Shown piece by piece: positions 57,088 through 64,000 of a DNA stretch of 64,000 nt (position 1 is its first letter; each line of letters starts with the position of its first letter). The notes under the pieces were generated by a model, which saw only the letters and a program-made list of their open reading frames with translations, was not told where the DNA came from and ran no database searches. Origin of the DNA: Phyllobates terribilis (lineage: Eukaryota); the NCBI RefSeq assembly GCF_046119375.1, contig NW_027362763.1, positions 663,276,001 through 663,340,000 of the forward strand. Reading direction: 5' to 3'. Made by a program: the position numbers and the translations under genes.

Positions 57088-58024
57088 ACCAGGACAATAT
57101 GGGTGGAAAGTCGTCCTAGCAAAAACCAAACCATCCAAACAAAAAACAACGAATGGAGGCAGCACACCATAAAAGTATGGCAAAAAACTGTGGTTTATTC
57201 TCCCATAGTGGCTGGCAATGTTAAGGTTCTGAAGTATGAAAAATCGGGAGAAATTACAGAAAACCGGAAGAGTTCTGGAAGGAGCAGTTTGTGAGCGGCA
57301 GTCGGAGGAGCGGAGAGATGTGGATTTATCATTCATACTTGCATATTGATTTCCTGATCCGTGGCCTCTTTAATCATTGTTATTTTGCTTTCCCTCATCT
57401 GCCCACAGTCCAGCGGGGACGCACGACACAATGTATCACAATTTACTTCAAGAAGCAGAAGCCTTATTTGTATTCCTTCCCCATGTTAGCTGAGAGCGTT
57501 GCTCGACGTTTTGCTCCTCGGGACGCTCCAGAGTTTTCCTTTTTTTTTTTTTTTTTTTTAATACCGCCTCTTACAACTTTAGCGTGGAGCAGCGTCCCGC
57601 TCTTCATCGAAAATGGGCGACTCGTGGGGTTTCAGAATCTTAAGATGAAAGGGAATTTAAAAGGCAGAATAGAGTCTTAAGAAACACTCGTAGATATCCC
57701 ACGATGTGAGAACGAAGTCGATTTGTAATTTTTTTTGGGGGGGGATTCATTCATTGGAATGGATTGAAATGCACTTTTCTTACATTTTCATCCGGGGCTA
57801 AAGGAGCGGTTCAGCAGAGACGCGTAGAGCGTTGCTCTACATCTGTATTCAGCTTTTAGCTTAAAGGCAAGCGGCTTCAGACTGGAGGTTCAGAATACAC
57901 AATGTAGAAAAGGACATTGCATTTTAGAAGCTACACACGTCCCACAGTTCATGCCCTTCACCATCCTGGACCGGCACATCATAGATTATTTATTACATGA
58001 GGTTTCACATTGTTACTTACCTAT

Positions 58025-58550
58025 TAGAGATGAGCAAATCTTCTGAGATTCAAATTCCCCAAAAAGTCAAAAGTATTCAAAATCTTAAGAGGACATGCAT
58101 GACAATTTGTCTCCTATCTCCTGATCAATTAAATCCTCTTCTCCTCACACACTGATCATCTTTACTTCTGGGCAGTCACACGCTATCTGTACAGTTTATT
58201 CAGTATTTTATGGCTTTCTCTCCCATTCTCTATGGCTAAAAGCAAAGACGCCCTATCACTATTCAGATTCACCCCAAAATGGCTGCTGCTTTTCCTGCCT
58301 CGGCTTTTATAAAGGCTTTGATAGTCTCTCTCCTGCTACAATGGCTGCAAGGCATTATGGGGAAGCCCACCCATCCGTATCCGAGGTCATGTGAACTTTC
58401 TCTAGTTGATGGAATCTTCTGCAATGTGTGAAATGATGGCAGCCAATGTAAGCGATTAATGATGATGAGTAATAAGTCGCATAAAAATAGTGAATTGCTA
58501 AAAAGTCAACACAAAATTAAATTCGCATAAAATCGATTTACTAATTTCTA
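58025..58550. mobile_element. Old hAT-like MITE
   Basis: TAGAGATGAGCAAATC start and a degenerate complementary end GATTTACTAATTTCTA; TSD not recognisable. Confidence 0.45.
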
Positions 58551-58609
58551 AGAAATATAAAGAATTTCTGCTTGCAATGCCATGCCTGGCCACATGGTGA
58601 GCTGCTACA

Positions 58610-59130
58610 GCGAAACAAGGCAAAAGTACAGAGATCACAAGGTTTTATTGCAAAGTGTCTCTTCAGAGAGGAAGAGGACTAGAACTCTAGTGCCACCTAC
58701 AGGATGTAACAATCCTAAAAGTCAATATCGACTTTCTAAAGAGCCTTATCACGTGACTTGGGATAAAAGCCCAAACCAGAATCTCAATTTGCAGACACTG
58801 TGTTTCAGGGTATTGACCTCCCACCCCCCCACAGCGCAAAGTGTGAGATCTGGTTTGGCTGGGTGAGAGAAGTCTGACCGGAATCCAAGGGGTAATGTTC
58901 CTCCTCGAGGAGAGTGACATGTCAAGCCTAACATGCCAATGTGAGGAGACTTTTAGTGCTCTTCTGGCAATAGAGTTCTAGTTCTCTTCCTCTCTGAAGA
59001 GACAATTTACATATTTCCTAGAGGAGAATTGCAGCTTAAGTCTCCTCACATTGGCATGTCAGGCTTGACATGTCAATCACCGCAAGGAGAAACGTTACCC
59101 CTTGGATGAAGGTTTTATAGCAAAACCTGA
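58610..59130 (-). mobile_element. Second retrozyme-like repeat copy with a decayed hammerhead (58788-58840) and an inverted partial duplication
   Basis: Collinear similarity to 16050-16440; keeps GAAACACAGTGTC-TGCAAA but the CUGANGA core is lost. Confidence 0.6.
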
Positions 59131-59424
59131 AAGTCTCCACCCAGTGGAATTATGTAGCACAGCAGCTTGCATTTTTGCTTTGCTCCTGTGCCTGGAAGTC
59201 TAAAAGTCTGCAGGAAACAAGTGAATATGCAGAGTACATAAAAGTCTGGAAAGGACAGAGGGATCTGGATGGGGTAGATTGCATTTGCCGATGGCCAAAC
59301 TGATACTCAGTTCATTGAAGTGTTTCTTGAAAGTACTGCCAATGAGATTTTCTTTATTTGTTTCTTTTTATCCTAAATTTTCAGTCATTGGCAACCAGTT
59401 TTGTCTTCAAAAATGAGTGGAAAT

Positions 59425-59680
59425 CAGGGTCGGACTGGGGCACCGGGACCCCGGAGAATCCTCCGGTGGGCCAGCCCCCAGCTCGAGCTCCTGCCTCCTT
59501 CAGTCATGCCTGCCTGCCCTGCATGTTAATAACTGCCACACTTAATTCGTTAGCCGGCAGCAGCGGGCAGGCTGCACAGGAGATGTGAAGTGCAGGAGTA
59601 GCGCCTTCACATCACCTGCCTGCTGCCGGCTTCTATTGATCTGCGGTGAGTGCATCCCTAACTAAAGCCAGCACAGGCAC
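59425..59680. mobile_element. Left end of a hAT-like MITE hosting the terminal minisatellite
   Basis: CAGGGTCGGACTGGGGCACCGGG start, similar to the fragment at 17160; the other end is not in the window. Confidence 0.5.
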
Positions 59681-62600
59681 AGCGGACTGTGTGAGGCTGG
59701 TCTGTGAGGAGGCAGACAGCTGACTGTGTGAGGCTGGTCTGTGAGGAGGCACACAGCTGACTGTGTGAGGCTGGTCTGTGAGGAGGCACACAGCTGACTG
59801 TGTGAGGCTGGTCTGTGAGGAGGCACACAGCTGACTGTGTGAGGCTGGTCTGTGAGGAGGCAGACAGCTGACTGTGTGAGGCTGGTCTGTGAGGAGGCAC
59901 ACAGCTGACTGTGTGAGGCTGGTCTGTGAGGAGGCACACAGCTGACTGTGTGAGGCTGGTCTGTGAAGAGGCACAGCGGACCATGTGAGGCTAGTCTGTG
60001 ATGAGGCAGACAGCTGACTGTGTGAGGCTGGTCTGTGAGGAGGCAGACAGCTGACTGTGTGAGGCTGGTCTGTGAGGAGGCAGACAAATGAATGTGTGAG
60101 GCTGGTCTGTGAGGAGGCACACAGCTGACTGTGTGAGGCTGGTCTGTGAGGAGGCACACAGCTGACTGTGTGAGGCTAGTCTGTGAGGAGGCACACAGCT
60201 GACTGTGTGAGGCTGGTCTGTGAGGAGGCACACAGCTGACTGTGTGAGGCTGGTCTGTGAGGAGGCACACAGCTGACTGTGTGAGGCTGATCTGTGAGGA
60301 GGCACACAGCTGACTGTGTGAGGCTGGTCTGTGAGGAGGCACACAGCTGACTGTGTGAGGCTGATCTGTGAGGAGGCACACAGCTGACTGTGTGAGGCTG
60401 GTCTGTGAGGAGTCACACAGCTGACTGTGTGAGGCTGATCTGTGAGGAGGCACACAGCTGACTGTGTGAGGCCGGTCTGTGAGGAGGCACAGCTGACTGT
60501 GTGAGGCTGGTCTGTGAGGAGGCACACAGCTGACTGTGTGAGGCTGGTCTGTGTGGAGGCACACAGCTAACTGTGTGAGGCTGGTCTGTGAGGAGGCACA
60601 CAGCTGTGTGAGGCTGGTCTGTGAGGAGGCACACAGCTGACTGTGTGAGGCTGGTCTGTGAGGAGGCACACAGCTGACTGTGTGAGGCTGGTCTGTGAGG
60701 AGGCACAAAGATGACTGTGTGAGGCTGGTCTCTGAGGAGGCACACAGCTGATTGTGTGAGGCTGGTCTCTGAGGAGGCACAAAGATGACTGTGTGAGGCT
60801 GGTCTGTGTGGAGGCACACAGCTGACTGTGAGACTAGTCTGTGAGGAGGCACACAGCTGACTGTGTGAGGCTGGTCTGTGAGGAGGCACACAGCTGACTG
60901 TGTGAGGCTGGTCTGTGAGGAGGCACACGGCAGACTGTGTGAGGCTGATCTGTGAGGAGGCACACGGCTGACTGTGTGAGGCTGGCCTGTGAGGAGGCAC
61001 ACGGCTGACTGTGTGAGGCTGGTCTGTGAGGAGGCACACGGCTGATGGTGAGGCTGGTCTGTGAGGAGGCACACAGCTGACTGTGAAGCTGGTCTGTGAG
61101 GAGGCACACAGCTGACTGTGTGAGGCTGGTCTGTGAGGAGGCACACAGCTGACTGTGAGGCTGGTCTGTGAGGAGGCACACAGCTGGCTGTGTGAGGCTG
61201 GTCTGTCAGGAGGCACACAGCTGACTGTGTGAGGCTGGTCTGTGAGGAGGCACACAGCTGACTGTGAGGCTGGTCTGTGAGGAGGCACACAGCTGACTGT
61301 GTGAGGCTGGTCTGAGGAGGCACACAGCTGACTGTGTGAGGCTGGTCTGTGAGGAGGCACACAGCTGACTGTGTGAGGCTGGTCTGTGAGGAGGCACACA
61401 GCTGACTGTGTGAGGCTGGTCTGTGAGGAGGCACACAGCTGACTGTGTGAGGCTGGTCTGTGAAGAGGCACAGCGGACCATGTGAGGCTAGTCTGTGATG
61501 AGGCAGACAGCTGACTGTGTGAGGCTGGTCTGTGAGGAGGCAGACAGCTGACTGTGTGAGGCTGGTCTGTGAGGAGGCACACAGCTGACTGTGTGAGGCT
61601 GGTCTGTGAGGAGGCACAAAGATGACTGTGTGAGGCTGGTCTCTGAGGAGGCACACAGCTGATTGTGTGAGGCTGGTCTCTGAGGAGGCACAAAGATGAC
61701 TGTGTGAGGCTGGTCTGTGTGGAGGCACACAGCTGACTGTGAGACTAGTCTGTGAGGAGGCACACAGCTGACTGTGTGAGGCTGGTCTGTGAGGAGGCAC
61801 ACAGCTGACTGTGTGAGGCTGGTCTGTGAGGAGGCACACGGCAGACTGTGTGAGGCTGATCTGTGAGGAGGCACACGGCTGACTGTGTGAGGCTGGCCTG
61901 TGAGGAGGCACACGGCTGACTGTGTGAGGCTGGTCTGAGGAGGCACACAGCTGACTGTGTGAGGCTGGTCTGTGAGGAGGCACACAGCTGACTGTGTGAG
62001 GCTGGTCTGTGAGGAGGCACACAGCTGACTGTGTGAGGCTGGTCTGTGAGGAGGCACACAGCTGACTGTGTGAGGCTGGTCTGTGAGGAGGCACACAGCT
62101 GACTGTGTGAGGCTGGTCTGTGAGGAGGCACAGTGGACTGTGTGAGGCTGGTCTGTGAGGAGGCACACAGCTGACTGTGTGAGGCTGGTCTGTGAGGAGG
62201 CACAGCTGACTGTGTGAGGCTGGTCTGTGAGGAGGCACACAGCTGACTGTGTGAGGCTGGTCTGTGAGGAGGCACACAGCTGACTTTGTGAGGCTGGTCT
62301 GAGGAGGCACACAGCTGACTGTGTGAGGCTGGTCTGTGAGGAGGCACACAGCGGACTGTGTGAGGCTGGTCTGTGAGGAGGCACACAGCGGACTGTGTGA
62401 GGCTGGTCTGTGAGGAGGCACAGTGGACTGTGTGAGGCTGGTCTGTGAGGAGGCACAGCGGACTGTGTGAGGCTGGTCTGTGAGAAGGCACACAGCTGAT
62501 TGTGTGAGGCTGGTCTCTGAGGAGGCACAGTGGACTGTGTGAGGCTGGTCTTTGTGGAGGCACAAGGCTGATTGTGTGAGGCTGGTCTGTGAGGAGGTAC

Positions 62601-64000
62601 ACAGCGGACTGTGTGAGGCTGGTCTGTGAGGAGGTACGCAGCTGACTGTGAGGCTGGCCTGTGAGGAGGCACACAGCTGACAGTGTGAGGCTGGTCTGTG
62701 AGGAAGCACACAGCTGACTGTGTGAGGCTGGTCTGTGAGGAGGTACGCAGCTGACTGTGAGGCTGGTCTGTGAGGAGGCACACAGCTGACTGTGAGGCTG
62801 GTCTGTGAGGAGTCACACAGCTGACTGTGTGAGGCTGGTCTGTGAGGAAGCACACAGCTGACTGTGTGAGGCTGGTCTGTGAGGAGGCACATAGCTGACT
62901 GTGTGAGGCTGGTCTGTGAAGAGGCACAGCGGACTGTGTGAGGCTGGTCTGTGAGGAGGCACACAGCTGACTGTGTGAGGCTGGTCTGTGAGGAGGTACG
63001 CAGCTTACTGTGTGAGGCTGGTCTGTGAAGAGGCACAGCGGACTGTGTGAGGCTGGTCTGTGAGGAAGCACACAGCTGACTGTGTGAGGCTGGTCTGTGA
63101 GGAGGCACACAGCTTACTGTGTGAGGCTGGTCTGTGAAGAGGCACAGCGGACTGTGTGAGGCTGGTCTGTGAGGAGGCACACAGCTGACTGTGTGAGGCT
63201 GGTCTGTGAGGAGGTAGGCAGCTGACTGTGAGGCTGGTCTGTGAGGAGGCACACAGCTGACTGTGAGGCTGGTCTGTGAGGAGGCACACAGCTGACTGTG
63301 TGAGGCTGGTCTGTGAGGAGGCACACAGCTGACTGTGTGAGGCTGGTCTATGAGGAGGCACACAGCTGACTGTGTGAGGCTGGTCTGTGAAGAGGCACAC
63401 AGCTGACTGTGTGAGGCTGGTCTATGAGGAGGCACAGCGGACTGTGTGAGGCTAGTCTGTAAGGAGGCACACAGCTGACTGTGTGAGGCTGGTCTATGAG
63501 GAGGCACATAGCTGACTGTGAGGCTGGTCTATGAGGAGGCACAGCGGACTGTGTGAGGCTGGTCTGTGAGGAGGCAGACAGCTGACTATGTGAGGCTGGT
63601 CTGTCAGGAGGCACACAGCTGACTGTGTGAGGCTGGTCTGTGTGGAGGCACACAGCTGACTGTGTGAGGATGGTCTGTGAGGAGGCACACAGCTGACTGT
63701 GTGAGGCTGGTCTGTGAGGAGGCACACAGCTGACTGTGTGAGGCTGGTCTGTGAGGAGGCACACAGCTGACTGTGTGAGGCTGGTCTGTGAGGAGGCACA
63801 CAGCTGACTGTGTGAGGCTGGTCTGTGAGGAGGCACACAGCTGACTGTGTGAGGCTGGTCTGTGAGGAGGTACGCAGCTGACTGTGAGGCTGGTCTGTGA
63901 GGAGGCACACAGCTGACTGTGAGGCTGGTCTGTGAGGAGGCACACAGCTGACTGTGTGAGGCTGGTCTGTGAGGAGGCACACAGCTGACTGTGTGAGGCT
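59680..64000. repeat. 37-bp minisatellite (35-bp variants), more than 110 copies, runs off window end
   Basis: Unit GCTGACTGTGTGAGGCTGGTCTGTGAGGAGGCACACA (59701 to 59738); explains the minus-strand ORFs of up to 1281 aa. Confidence 0.97.

Noticed and set aside
57088-57294. Transposase or LINE fragment after the N gap
   Set aside because: Only vague similarity (RKSSGR); no diagnostic motif
59633-63982. 1281-aa and other long minus-strand ORFs
   Set aside because: They come from a 37-bp satellite that happens to lack stops; the unit is not a multiple of 3 and the same peptide cycles through all frames

Overview
Eukaryotic, transposon-saturated, heterochromatin-like DNA; the repeat families suggest an amphibian, probably a frog (inference). 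I found no host protein-coding gene, rRNA, tRNA or CRISPR array that I can support. The centrepiece is a young, full-length Ty3/Gypsy retrotransposon (18281-29376; 998-bp LTRs with 3 differences, TATT target duplication, tRNA-Ser primer site, gag/pol -1 frameshift signal). A 5'-truncated CR1 LINE with an intact ORF2 sits in the tail of its pol gene. Around it are four solo LTRs with TSDs (one nested in another), a non-autonomous Helitron, two large palindromic hAT-type elements with 8-bp TSDs, hAT MITEs carrying minisatellites, Penelope remnants, five Tc1/mariner elements of three catalytic spacings (DD34E, DD37E, DD38E) and a decayed second Gypsy. Hammerhead-ribozyme motifs of three kinds occur, mostly degenerate. 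Nearly all long ORFs in the supplied track are artefacts of minisatellites or N gaps. I see no clear new protein-based system. The best leads are a conserved second tRNA-Ser-complementary site inside the LTRs, a 34-copy minisatellite born from a transposase 3' end, a DD37E foldback nested in a hAT palindrome, retrozyme-like hammerheads, and micro-exon cassettes in the hAT elements. All comparisons were made by eye.
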